The translations under genes and the position numbers were made by a program. From NCBI GenBank assembly GCA_036012755.1, contig DASCPX010000125.1, forward strand, positions 1 through 32,753: DNA of 32,753 bases. The letters are read 5' to 3'. Below, one piece after another: positions 6,946 to 16,031 of this stretch; positions within the stretch are counted from its first letter, which is position 1, and every line of letters starts with the position of its first letter. Under the pieces are notes generated by a model. The model searched no databases. It saw only the letters and a program-made list of their open reading frames with translations, and was not told where the DNA came from. This DNA comes from Myxococcota bacterium (GTDB lineage Bacteria; Myxococcota_A; UBA796; CAJQPC01).

Positions 6946-7798
6946 AGCGGAATCCACTGGTCTTCCGGCGCAGCTCCGCGAGGAAACGGTGGCGCTCGGA
7001 GCCCGGGTTTCGGGCGAGGTCGAAGTAGTAGCTGCCACCACGCACGGCGACGTAGAGGCCAGGTCCGGCGGTGCCACGCAGCGCGGCGTCCTCCACCCGC
7101 CAGTCCGAGGTCAGCTCCCAGGCGTTGCCGAAGGTGTCGTCGAGCCCGAACATGGAGCGGCCTTCCGGGTACGAGCCGACCGGCGAAAGCCAGAGGTGGC
7201 CGTCGCTGTCGTCCACGTTGGGGGTCTCGAACTTGCCGTGGTTGAGCTTGCTCCCGTCGTAGCTGTCTCCCCACGGCCAGGCGTGGCCGGCCCTGTCTGG
7301 TCCAAGGGCCGCGAGCTGCCACTCGGCTTCGGTCGGCAAGCGCTTGCCTGCCCAGGTGCAGTAGGCGCGGGCGTCGTACCAGTTCACCAGGACCACCGGG
7401 AGATCCTCGTCACCGACACCCTCCCAGTTCCAGTCGTCGGCCCACTCCTCGTCGACGTGCGGCGGCCGGTAGCCGCTGTCCTCGAGGAACTTGCCATAGT
7501 CGCCCCGCGTCACCTCGGTCCGGTCGATCTCGAAGGTCTCCACGGCCACGGCGGTGAGCGCCATCTGCTGGCCGTCGACGAGCTCCCAAGGCGCCCAGGG
7601 GCCCGTCCGCTGGCGAGTCGCCGTCTTCATCTCGGGAGGCGGACCCGGGCCGTTGGCGGGCGCCTTGGCCCCGTGGAGTGCGCCCTTCGGCATGGTCGAG
7701 CCGACGCGGACCATGCCATCGGGGATCCTGACCATCTCGGAGAGATCCTCCGGCTCTGGAGCCCTGGCGCAGGCCAGGATCAGAACTGCAGCCGACAC
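6920..7798 (-). CDS. FGE-sulfatase-domain (SUMF1/PvdO-like) lipoprotein
   Basis: FEIDRTEVT, PVVLVNWYDARAYCTWAGKRLPTEAEWQLAA, PVGSYP, GLDDTFGNAWE, RGGS, GFRC. Lipobox MSAAVLILAC. The catalytic Cys pair of true FGE is absent. Confidence 0.92.
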   Translation of the reverse strand: MSAAVLILACARAPEPEDLSEMVRIPDGMVRVGSTMPKGALHGAKAPANGPGPPPEMKTATRQRTGPWAPWELVDGQQMALTAVAVETFEIDRTEVTRGDYGKFLEDSGYRPPHVDEEWADDWNWEGVGDEDLPVVLVNWYDARAYCTWAGKRLPTEAEWQLAALGPDRAGHAWPWGDSYDGSKLNHGKFETPNVDDSDGHLWLSPVGSYPEGRSMFGLDDTFGNAWELTSDWRVEDAALRGTAGPGLYVAVRGGSYYFDLARNPGSERHRFLAELRRKTSGFRCARDLAGV

Positions 7799-9078
7799 TC
7801 GAGCACCGCGCGATGTTCGATGGCGAGGTCCACGTCATCCGGCACGACGACCTCGTAGCCCAGGTTCGTCGACACGCCGCTGTCGGACCAGGCTGTGTCG
7901 ATCGCCAGGGCGGCCCCTGTGTGGTGATCGACCGGTGTGTCCTGATCGGGATCGAACCAGGACACGCGGACGACAGGGGTGACGCGGCTCGCGGCCCCGC
8001 CCGTCTCGAAGTCCCGCGCGAGGTGGCCAGCCGCCCCCAGGCTCGTCGGGCCGAGGCCCTGGCGGCCGTAGACCTCGACCAGCGCCCGGTTGGGCCCGGC
8101 GTGCACAAAGGCGACGCCCTCGTAGCCGACCTTCGTGGCGCCTCCCGTGCCCGGTCCAGCCAGCACAGAGGCCGAGACGGTGAGTGCCTCGATCGGTGTG
8201 ACCGCGACGCGCAGGCTCAGGTCCTTGGGGATCTCGACCTCGGGTTCGCTGGAGTTCGTGAGGTTGACATCCAGACGGACCATCTCGCCCAGCCCACCGT
8301 TCCATCCGAGGCCCAGGGAGCGCTGAGGGAGGAGCCCTTCGCCGACCACGACCGGGAGGTAGAGGGCCGGGCCGGGCAAGGGAAAGCCGCCACCTTCGTA
8401 GGAGTCGACGACCCCGAATGGGAGCCGGGCGTTCCCGAGGGTGAAGGTGCCACCGCGGGGCGTCGCGTAGGCGAGGTGGGCGTCGAGGAGCTCGGCAGAC
8501 CAGCCGCTCGGCGCCGCAGGCACGGCCACGGAGGCACCGTCGCTGGTGTCGAGGCTCGTCGAGGTCTGGTCCTGCGCGAGCTGAAGCTCGATGCGGGCGG
8601 AGGCGCGCTGTCCGAAGTCGTGGTCGACCGACAGCCGCGCGACGGGGATCACGAAGGCGAGGCTCGGGTCCTCGGCGACCTCGGGGTGGAGGTTGTCGAG
8701 CCGGTCTGCGAACAGATCGACGCGCAGATCCCCACCGATCCTGGTGTCGCCCAGGCCTGCGACGACCTCGCGAACGACGACGACATCAGGCGGGTCAGGT
8801 GGCTCCGGCGGACTCACCTCGGCCGGCTCCGGCGGCTCCGGCGGCTCCGGTGGGCTCACCTCGGCGGGCTCCGTTGGACTTGCCGCGGGCTCATCGGTGA
8901 CGACCTTGGCCTCCTTCGCCTCCATCTCAGCCAGCCGCGCCTCGGCGTCGGCGAGTCGAATGAGGGCCTCTGCAATCCGGATCTTCTCTTCGATCTGCTG
9001 GAGCTCGGAGGGCTCCTCTTCAGAGGAGGTCTCGGGGTCCTCCGCCAGCGCGAGCCCACTCAGAACCAACCAGCTCAT
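7780..9078 (-). CDS. Outer-membrane porin (OprO/P-like beta-barrel) with an N-terminal coiled-coil and Pro-rich linker
   Basis: GGAGG before ATG 9078; short signal MSWLVLSGLALA; porin-like ARL..., LLDAHLAY, LGNARLPFG segments; alternating beta-strands; C-terminal Phe. Confidence 0.7.
   Translation of the reverse strand: MSWLVLSGLALAEDPETSSEEEPSELQQIEEKIRIAEALIRLADAEARLAEMEAKEAKVVTDEPAASPTEPAEVSPPEPPEPPEPAEVSPPEPPDPPDVVVVREVVAGLGDTRIGGDLRVDLFADRLDNLHPEVAEDPSLAFVIPVARLSVDHDFGQRASARIELQLAQDQTSTSLDTSDGASVAVPAAPSGWSAELLDAHLAYATPRGGTFTLGNARLPFGVVDSYEGGGFPLPGPALYLPVVVGEGLLPQRSLGLGWNGGLGEMVRLDVNLTNSSEPEVEIPKDLSLRVAVTPIEALTVSASVLAGPGTGGATKVGYEGVAFVHAGPNRALVEVYGRQGLGPTSLGAAGHLARDFETGGAASRVTPVVRVSWFDPDQDTPVDHHTGAALAIDTAWSDSGVSTNLGYEVVVPDDVDLAIEHRAVLECRLQF
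8801..8872. repeat. Intragenic duplication encoding EPAEVSPPEP twice (42-bp period), with 9-bp GGCTCCGGC repeats
   Basis: Near-identical 30-bp copies at 8801-8830 and 8843-8872 within the porin linker. Confidence 0.8.
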
Positions 9079-9112
9079 GGCACCTCCGAAATCCGCCGCT
9101 TACGACGCGGCG

Positions 9113-11242
9113 ATGAATTATCGCGGACTCGAGCTCGACCCATTCCAGGAAGAGGCGATCACGCACCTCCAAGCAGGCCGGTCGGTCCTCGTCTGCGCGC
9201 CCACGGGGACCGGCAAGACGGTCGTCGCAGACGCCCTCGTGGACGAGGCCCTCGAGGCCGGACAGCGCGTGATCTACACAGCGCCGGTCAAAGCGCTCTC
9301 GAACCAGAAGTTCCGGGACTACTGCCGGCTCCACGGCGCAGACAAGGTCGGGCTGGTGACGGGAGACCTGGTCATCCGCCGAGACGCGCCCTGCGTCGTG
9401 ATGACGACCGAGATCCTGCGGAACATGCTCCTGGGCGACGAGGAGATGGACGATCTCGCCGCGGTGGTGCTCGACGAGATCCACTTCCTCGACGACGTCG
9501 AGCGCGGCACGGTCTGGGAGGAGGTGCTCATCTACCTCCCGGCGCGGGTGAAGGTGCTCGGCCTCTCGGCCACGCTGTCGAACGTGCAGGAGTTCGCGGA
9601 CTGGCTCAGCAGCGTGCGCGGGCAGGAGGTCGAGGTCGTCCAGGAGTTCCAGCGCGCGGTCCCGCTCGACGTCCTCATCGCCAACAGCGACATGGGGCTC
9701 GTCACCCCCGAGCGCTTCCGTCAGGGCTACAAGAAGTGGAAGAAGAAGGACCGGGAGTCGCGACCCGCCAAGCGGACGAAGGGCCGGCGCAATCGACGCG
9801 GTCCGCCCACACGCGAGCGGCGCAAGACGACCTCGCACCTCGAGCTCTTCCGAATGCTCGAGCACAGCCACACGCCCTACCTCTACTTCGTACCCTCGCG
9901 GAAGCTCGCCGAGCTCTTCGCCCGCCGACTGGGGCACAAGGTCCGCGGCACTCTGCTGGTGTCCGAGAGCCAGCGGACCCTGGACGATGTCCTCTCAGAG
10001 GCCTTCGATCGCCTCGGTCCCGCGGTGCTCGACCCGGACCTGGTGTCGCTGTATCGGCAGGGCATCGGCTTCCACCATGCTGGCCTGCACGTGCAGCTGA
10101 AGGCGCTGGTCGAGGGACTCTATGAGCGGAAGCTCCTGGCGGTGCTCTACACGACCAGCACCTTCGCGCTGGGCATCAACATGCCGGCGCGCACGGTGGT
10201 CATGGACAGCCTGCTCGAGTTCAACGGCCGCAGCCTGGAGCCGCTGAGCGTGCGCCAGTTCATGCAGAAGGCGGGGCGCGCCGGACGCCGCGGCATGGAC
10301 GACTACGGCACCGTCGTGGTCCGGCTCGACTACTTCGACTGGCCTCGCCTCAGCGGGGAGCTGGAGCGTTACCTCGCCGGACAGAGCGAGCCCGTCCACA
10401 GCAGCTTCAACCTGAGCTTCAACTCGGTCGTGAACCTGCTCGAGCAGCGCGGACGCGAGGCCTGCAAGGCGATCGTCGCCAAGAGCTTCCTCGCCTTCCG
10501 CCAGGGCATGGCGAATCAACGACTCGTGGACCAGCGAAACCAGACCCGTGATGCGCTGCGCGGCGCAGGGGTCAAGCAGGGCGATTGGCCCGAGGACACC
10601 CGGCTCCAGCGCAAGGTCAAGGACCTCCGCAAGCTGGACAAGCGCATCCGTGTCGGCGGCGTGAAGGTCTGGCGAGACTTCGAACGACGCCGCCAGTTCC
10701 TCGTCGAGATCGGCTACCTCGGCGACGACGACACCCTCAATGCCGGCGGCATGGTGCTCCGCCACCTGCAGATCGAGGAGATCTTCACGACCGAGCTCGT
10801 GCTCGATGGCATCTTCGAAGACCTCGGCCCCGGCGAGCTCTTCGGACTCTTGACCGCCATGACCGGCAAGCTCCCCAAGGGCGTCCATCTCCACGCGAGG
10901 CGCCTGAGCCCGGACCTGAGACGCATCGCGCACAGCGCCGATCGGATCCGCTGGGGCGACGTGGTGACGGCTGCAGAGGCCCTCACCGGTCACCAGGTCA
11001 CCTGGTGCCCACCGCTGATGGAGTTCGGACGAGCCTGGTACGAGGGTGCGACCCTCGAGGACATCGGCGACCTCTACGAGAGCGAGACCGACATCTCCGG
11101 CGGGCTGGTGGGTGGCTTCCGCCGCTCGAAGGACCTCGCCGGCCAGCTCCGCATCGCCCACCGCGATCACGAAGTCCTCGCCGGTCGCCTGCGTGAGATC
11201 GTGAAGACCGTCAGCCGCGACGAGGTCGAGGTCGTGGCGTAG
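9113..11242 (+). CDS. helY: Ski2/HelY-like DExH-box RNA helicase, 709 aa
   Basis: Start re-assigned to ATG 9113 (MNYRGLELDPFQ). Motifs APTGTGKT, YTAPVKALSNQK, DEIH, LSAT, FHHAG, GINMPA, QKAGRAGRRGMD; DSHCT-like C-terminus. Confidence 0.92.
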   Translation: MNYRGLELDPFQEEAITHLQAGRSVLVCAPTGTGKTVVADALVDEALEAGQRVIYTAPVKALSNQKFRDYCRLHGADKVGLVTGDLVIRRDAPCVVMTTEILRNMLLGDEEMDDLAAVVLDEIHFLDDVERGTVWEEVLIYLPARVKVLGLSATLSNVQEFADWLSSVRGQEVEVVQEFQRAVPLDVLIANSDMGLVTPERFRQGYKKWKKKDRESRPAKRTKGRRNRRGPPTRERRKTTSHLELFRMLEHSHTPYLYFVPSRKLAELFARRLGHKVRGTLLVSESQRTLDDVLSEAFDRLGPAVLDPDLVSLYRQGIGFHHAGLHVQLKALVEGLYERKLLAVLYTTSTFALGINMPARTVVMDSLLEFNGRSLEPLSVRQFMQKAGRAGRRGMDDYGTVVVRLDYFDWPRLSGELERYLAGQSEPVHSSFNLSFNSVVNLLEQRGREACKAIVAKSFLAFRQGMANQRLVDQRNQTRDALRGAGVKQGDWPEDTRLQRKVKDLRKLDKRIRVGGVKVWRDFERRRQFLVEIGYLGDDDTLNAGGMVLRHLQIEEIFTTELVLDGIFEDLGPGELFGLLTAMTGKLPKGVHLHARRLSPDLRRIAHSADRIRWGDVVTAAEALTGHQVTWCPPLMEFGRAWYEGATLEDIGDLYESETDISGGLVGGFRRSKDLAGQLRIAHRDHEVLAGRLREIVKTVSRDEVEVVA

Positions 11243-11244
11243 GG

Positions 11245-12513
11245 CTAAGGGGCCGGAAAGCGCACGAAGAAGGTCGCCCCGTGTCCCGGGTCGCTCCGCA
11301 CGCTGACCTCGGCGCGGGTGCGCATGCAGAGATGCTTCACGAGCGCCAGACCAAGGCCCGTGCCGCCGTACTGCCGGGCCCTGCCCCGATCGATCCGGAA
11401 GAAGCGCTCGAAGATGCGCTCGATGTGCTCCGGGTCGATGCCCGGTCCCCGATCGTGGATCTCCAGCCAGACGTGCTCGCCGTCGGGACGAACGACCACG
11501 CGGACCTCGCCGCCATCGGGGCTGAAGTTCACGGCGTTCGCGAGCAGGTTGCCGACGACACGACCGAAGGCCTCCGGGTGGATCAGCGCCAGGGCGTCTC
11601 CGCTCCGATGGATGTTCACCCGCCGCTCACGAGCCACCTCCCGGGCCTCGTCCAGCAAGGGCCCGAGGGTCTCGGCGATCGAGCGCTCCTCGAGCTCGAG
11701 CTCCTCGTCCCCAGCCTCCAGGCGGGCGAGCTGGAGGAGCTCCGCGAAGATGAGCGTCAGCCGCCTGGCGTTCCGATGAATGGCCTCGGCCATGACGCGC
11801 CCGTCGTCGTCGAGCCCCTCGTGGTCCAGAAGGGTCTCGGCGTATCCGCTGATGCTGGTGACGGGGGTGCGCAGCTCGTGGGAGACGTTGGCCACGAAGT
11901 CCGAGCGGGCCCGAGCGGCTCGCCGGAAGGGGCTGACATCGACGACCACGGCCACCGCGCCGGTCCCGCCGACCGGAGCCGCCCGCAACAGCAGGTCGAA
12001 GCGCCCAGAGCGAGCTTCCCGGAAGGTCGAGGTGCCCTTGTCCAAGGCGTCCTGGATCGTCTTGACGAGCGGCTCGAAGGGGACCGCGTCTCCGAGGCGC
12101 CTCCCGATGGGGTCGCCCACCACCGGCAAGAGTTCGCGGATGCCCGGGTTCGCAGCCAGGACCCTCAGCCCGCGCCCGACGAGGACGACCCCGCCGGGCG
12201 CGTTCTCGAAGAGAGCGTCACGAAGGTCCTCGTTCCTGCGAGCTCGACGTTCGGCCAGCGCCACCTCGCCCAGGAGCGCAGCGAGCGCAACCTCGACACC
12301 CTGGATGGTGGGCTCGGCGGCCAGATGCGCCGCCAGGTCTGCCACGGCCTGCTGCTCGAGCGAGCGCAGGCGGGTGACGATCTGGGCGACGACGAAGGCG
12401 CCGAGCAACAGGACGACGATCCCGGCAGCGGGGTGGAGCATCGCGGCGGTGGCGAGGGCCAGGCCGCCGACAGCGGCGACGGCGAGCCCCGCGACGAGGC
12501 CGCTGGCGTTCAC
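11245..12513 (-). CDS. phoR: PhoR-like sensor histidine kinase (2 TM, PAS, HisKA, HATPase)
   Basis: RSDFVANVSHELRTPVTSISGYAETL, NLLANAVNFS, DRGPGI, RIFERFFRID, GGTGLGLALVKH. Directly downstream of an OmpR-family regulator. Confidence 0.85.
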   Translation of the reverse strand: MNASGLVAGLAVAAVGGLALATAAMLHPAAGIVVLLLGAFVVAQIVTRLRSLEQQAVADLAAHLAAEPTIQGVEVALAALLGEVALAERRARRNEDLRDALFENAPGGVVLVGRGLRVLAANPGIRELLPVVGDPIGRRLGDAVPFEPLVKTIQDALDKGTSTFREARSGRFDLLLRAAPVGGTGAVAVVVDVSPFRRAARARSDFVANVSHELRTPVTSISGYAETLLDHEGLDDDGRVMAEAIHRNARRLTLIFAELLQLARLEAGDEELELEERSIAETLGPLLDEAREVARERRVNIHRSGDALALIHPEAFGRVVGNLLANAVNFSPDGGEVRVVVRPDGEHVWLEIHDRGPGIDPEHIERIFERFFRIDRGRARQYGGTGLGLALVKHLCMRTRAEVSVRSDPGHGATFFVRFPAP

Positions 12514-13209
12514 TCAGCCCACGAAACGGTAGCCGACACCACGCACCGTCTCCACCATGTCCGCGGCCTCGCCGAGCTTCTCCCGCAGACGCTTGACGTG
12601 GGTGTCCACCGTGCGGGTGTTGAGGTCCGGCGGCATCTCCCAGACGTCCTGCAGGAGGCGCCCGCGGCTCTGGACGCGCCCGGTCCGGGTCACCAGTGTG
12701 TGGAGCAGCCGGAACTCGGTGGCCGTGAGCGCCAGTTCCTCGCCGGAGATCCAGACCCGGTGGGCGGCGACGTCGATGCGTATCGGACCCACCTCGATCG
12801 GCTCCTGGCTCGCGTCGTCGGCCGCGGCGGGGGAGCGGCGGAGGATCGCGCGAACACGGAGCACGAGCTCTCGGGTGCTGAAGGGCTTGGTGACGTAGTC
12901 GTCCGCGCCGACCTCGAAGCCCACGACGCGGTCGATCTCTTCTGCTCGGGCGGTCAGCATCAGGACGGGGATCTCGCTGGTCGTCGTCTGGCCCCTCAAG
13001 CGCCGGCAGACCTCTGTGCCTTGGAGGTCGGGCAGCATGAGGTCGAGCACGATGAGGTGCGGCTTGTGCTCCCGCGCGAGGTCCAGCGCGTCCACGCCCC
13101 GGTCGCAGGTGAGCACCTCGTAGCCCTCTCGGCGCAAGTTGATGGCGAGCAGCTCCCTGATGTCGGGCTCGTCGTCGCAGACGAGGATGAGGGACACATC
13201 GTCGGTCAC
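12514..13209 (-). CDS. phoB: PhoB-like OmpR-family response regulator, 231 aa
   Basis: Start re-assigned to GTG 13209 (GGAGG 5 nt upstream). LDLMLP, MLTARAEEIDRVVGFEVGADDYVTKPFS, LTATEFRLL, TRTVDTHVKRLREKLG, ETVRGVGYRF. Confidence 0.88.
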   Translation of the reverse strand: MTDDVSLILVCDDEPDIRELLAINLRREGYEVLTCDRGVDALDLAREHKPHLIVLDLMLPDLQGTEVCRRLRGQTTTSEIPVLMLTARAEEIDRVVGFEVGADDYVTKPFSTRELVLRVRAILRRSPAAADDASQEPIEVGPIRIDVAAHRVWISGEELALTATEFRLLHTLVTRTGRVQSRGRLLQDVWEMPPDLNTRTVDTHVKRLREKLGEAADMVETVRGVGYRFVG

Positions 13210-13296
13210 GGGGGCCTCCGCAGGCGCCACGCATATCCCGCCTCGATGGGCATCGCCCGATGACGATGTCGCTCTCGGGGTATCATTCGGGCCGCT

Positions 13297-14511
13297 GTGG
13301 CCGACACGCGCTGGGGCAGCTTCGAGGTGTGGCTGGAGCCTGCGGGCTTCGGCCGGCGCCAACCGGTGAACGGACCGCACCGATCGATCTACTCGACCGA
13401 CCGCCACACACAGGTTCCCGTTCCGACCGAGGTCTTCGTCCAGGTCCTCAGCGAGCTCGAGCGGAGCTACGGCCAGCTGATGTGGGGCCAGCAAATGGAG
13501 TCACGGATCAACATCCAAGGCGTCACGGTCGGCTTCGTCGCCAAGAAGGCGCGCCCCGCCTGCGAGGTCTGCAGCGATCCGCTCCCCGTGATGTCGACCG
13601 ACACCGACGGGACGATCTACTGCTCCTCCTGCGGAGCGCCGTCCCTGCTGCGCCCCTCGCCCTACTGGCTGCGTGTCGAGCTCCCCACCGCCGTCCAGGT
13701 CTACGGCGGCGTGCGCGACGGCCAGGCGCCCCCTCCGTCGGCGACGGACCCGGCCTTCGGCTCGGTCTCACTGTCCGCGAAGACCTGGTATGTGCGCTTC
13801 GAGGGCGACTTCGTCGAGGAGCTGGACCTGGACGCAGAGGACGAGTCGACGGAGGAGGAGTTCCTGTCACGCCTGGGGGTGACAGAAGACCCTCGGGAGC
13901 TGATGAAGGCGCTGGAGTTCGCCGAGAGCGACTTCGCCAAGCGACACATCCAGGCCCAGCTGGACGAGCTCACCGACCGGGTCGAGCGCTGGTCCGTCGG
14001 AGCCGCGCAGAGAGCCCGCGCCTGGATCCTCATCGCGTGGGCCCTGGCGGGTCTCTACGCCCCCGCCGTGCCGCTCATGCTCGCCGCGGTGTGGATGACC
14101 CCCTTCGAGTTCCAGGGTCTGATCATCGAGGAGAGCCCCTTCATGGAGATCATGCTGATCTTCCAGATCCTGCTGTTGTTCCCGGCGATCTTCGCCGCCC
14201 AGAAGGCCGTCCAGGCTCGCGGCGGCGTCAGCTTCTCAGAGGCCTTCAGCCACGTCGGCTTCCACCTGGTCATCGCGCTGTTGCCCGGGTTCGGCCTCCT
14301 CGCCGCGCTCGTGCACGCGAAGATCCTCTTCGGCGGCACGCTCGTCAAGGCGGACATCACAGACAGCGACGGCAACCTCCTGCGCCCCTACCCGCTGGAG
14401 AGCGACGTCCACGTCGGCTCGGCCTCCTGGCCCGCGGCCACCCTGATCCTCCTGGCGACGATCACCGCCCAGGGAACCTGGCTGTCGCTCCTGGGTCCAT
14501 ACCTGTTCTGA
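13297..14511 (+). CDS. Hypothetical membrane protein with a Zn ribbon and C-terminal TM helices
   Basis: CEVC-x15-CSSC Zn ribbon, an acidic linker and about 4-5 hydrophobic segments in the C-terminal half. Confidence 0.78.
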   Translation: MADTRWGSFEVWLEPAGFGRRQPVNGPHRSIYSTDRHTQVPVPTEVFVQVLSELERSYGQLMWGQQMESRINIQGVTVGFVAKKARPACEVCSDPLPVMSTDTDGTIYCSSCGAPSLLRPSPYWLRVELPTAVQVYGGVRDGQAPPPSATDPAFGSVSLSAKTWYVRFEGDFVEELDLDAEDESTEEEFLSRLGVTEDPRELMKALEFAESDFAKRHIQAQLDELTDRVERWSVGAAQRARAWILIAWALAGLYAPAVPLMLAAVWMTPFEFQGLIIEESPFMEIMLIFQILLLFPAIFAAQKAVQARGGVSFSEAFSHVGFHLVIALLPGFGLLAALVHAKILFGGTLVKADITDSDGNLLRPYPLESDVHVGSASWPAATLILLATITAQGTWLSLLGPYLF

Positions 14512-14528
14512 GCCCTCGGAGGCCTCGC

Positions 14529-14537
14529 TGGTAGCCT
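14529..14537 (+). promoter_or_regulatory. Extended -10 box (TG-n-TAGCCT) for a putative leaderless transcript
   Basis: TGG TAGCCT at 14529-14537, 7 nt before GTG 14545. No SD sequence. Confidence 0.5.
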
Positions 14538-14544
14538 GCGGCTC

Positions 14545-15252
14545 GTGCTCCTGCTCATGCTGGCCTGCGGCGAAGACCGCCCTCCCGGGCAGGATCGAGT
14601 CGACTTCGTGGCCGCCCTCCAGTTGGCCGAGGACCACCCGAACAAAGCCGCCGCGCTCTGCCACGAGATCGAGGACGGCCCGCTGAGGGCCGACTGCGCC
14701 TGGGCTGTCGTGCCCCACCTCGAGGGCGAGGAGGCCGCGGCACTCTGCGTCTCCTTGCCGGACACCGCCCTCGGCCACGAGTGCTGGTTCCTCCTCGGCG
14801 AGTCCGGCGATCCCAGCGCCTGCGCGAACGCTGGACCCATGGCCGACGACTGCCGGATCCACGTCTTCAGCCAGCGCATCTGGAGCCACTTCGACTCTGA
14901 TGTCAGGCCCGGCGAGGCCGAGGAGGAGGTGCTCCTCCACGTCGTGGGGGTCGGCTTCGCTCCCAGCGACGTGAGACCCTGGTCGGCGTGGTTCCGTCAG
15001 CTCTTCACCAGAGGCGTCCTGGACCCGACGACCTGTCTCGCCGTCGAGGACCTCGACCGGCGCGAGGTCTGCGCCCGTACGGTGTTGCCCGTCTTCCACG
15101 ACCGCCTGAACCACGGGCGCGACACCGAGGAGGGACTCTGCGAGGAGGACCCCGCCTGGGCGGTCCTCGACGAACCCCTACGCCTCGTATTGGAAGAGCG
15201 CCGCGCCGAGGACCTCTGCGATCCGACGAAGAAGCAGGCACCTCCAGGATGA
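14545..15252 (+). CDS. Cys-rich hypothetical lipoprotein
   Basis: Lipobox MLLLMLAC; regularly spaced Cys pairs in helical repeats. Confidence 0.8.
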   Translation: MLLLMLACGEDRPPGQDRVDFVAALQLAEDHPNKAAALCHEIEDGPLRADCAWAVVPHLEGEEAAALCVSLPDTALGHECWFLLGESGDPSACANAGPMADDCRIHVFSQRIWSHFDSDVRPGEAEEEVLLHVVGVGFAPSDVRPWSAWFRQLFTRGVLDPTTCLAVEDLDRREVCARTVLPVFHDRLNHGRDTEEGLCEEDPAWAVLDEPLRLVLEERRAEDLCDPTKKQAPPG

Positions 15253-16031
15253 TCTGGCTCTTGTCCTGCGCCCCTGTTCCGGACGCCGAGCTCTATGTCA
15301 CGGCGCTGGACCCCGAGATCCCGATCGCAGAGGCGCTGTCGGCCTGCGCCGCGATGTCCGAGCGCTCCGACGAGTGCGCCACCGCGGTGGTCGCCCAGCG
15401 GGACGGGGATCCCGCCATCTGTCAGAGCCTGGCCTCCGAGTGGGGGGAAGAGTGCCACTTCCGGGTCGCCGAGCGACTCATGGCCCAGGGCGAGCGCTGG
15501 GAGGCCCTGGTCGAGTGCGGCCTGTCGAGGCGGTACTACGACGAGTGTCTCTACCACCTCTGGAGCCGGGAGCTGCAGACGGCCGTCGAGCCCGACTCCG
15601 CTGAGATCTCCCGTGCGGTGGACCACGAGGCCGCCGGCGGAGAGGTCGTGGACTACTTCTCCGGCCTGCGCACGATCCGGCAGGACCCGGAGGAGCTCCT
15701 CTGGGCGGACTTCTGGTACTTCGCCCACACGCGGAATCGCCCCGCGCGGCTCGAGGACTGCACCGACAGCGTCGATCCCGACCGCTGTGTTCGCGGAACG
15801 CAGGTCTACGTGGAGCGCCTCGTGACGGAGAGCCTGACCCGCGCCACGACCGATCCGGCGGTCAGAGACAGGGCCTGCCGCTCCGGCGAGCTGCCCGACG
15901 CGATCGGGGAGGGAGCGTGGATCGCCGACGGACTCCTCGAGGCCCCGGCCATCGCCGGCCTCGCCAACGCTTGCCAGACCCCGATACGGCGCCCGTGGAG
16001 CCCGAGCTTCATGCCGATGAGGCCGCTGTGA
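15249..16031 (+). CDS. Cys-rich hypothetical lipoprotein, probable paralog of the upstream gene
   Basis: Start re-assigned to ATG 15249 (ATGA overlap). MIWLLSC; shares Cys spacing and EC.F...E and DxC..H motifs with 14545-15252. Confidence 0.8.
   Translation: MIWLLSCAPVPDAELYVTALDPEIPIAEALSACAAMSERSDECATAVVAQRDGDPAICQSLASEWGEECHFRVAERLMAQGERWEALVECGLSRRYYDECLYHLWSRELQTAVEPDSAEISRAVDHEAAGGEVVDYFSGLRTIRQDPEELLWADFWYFAHTRNRPARLEDCTDSVDPDRCVRGTQVYVERLVTESLTRATTDPAVRDRACRSGELPDAIGEGAWIADGLLEAPAIAGLANACQTPIRRPWSPSFMPMRPL

Noticed and set aside
6920..7798. True formylglycine-generating enzyme
   Set aside because: The catalytic Cys pair after RGGS is absent and no sulfatase gene is nearby; it is called an FGE-fold protein only.
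8591..9112. Ser/Gly-rich N-terminal extension of the helicase
   Set aside because: It is the antisense reading of the porin's Pro/Glu-rich linker; helicase homology starts at MNYRGLELDPFQ (9113).
13210..13296. Pho box upstream of phoB
   Set aside because: Only one GTCAT-like half-site is visible on the minus strand, with no second copy at 11-bp spacing.
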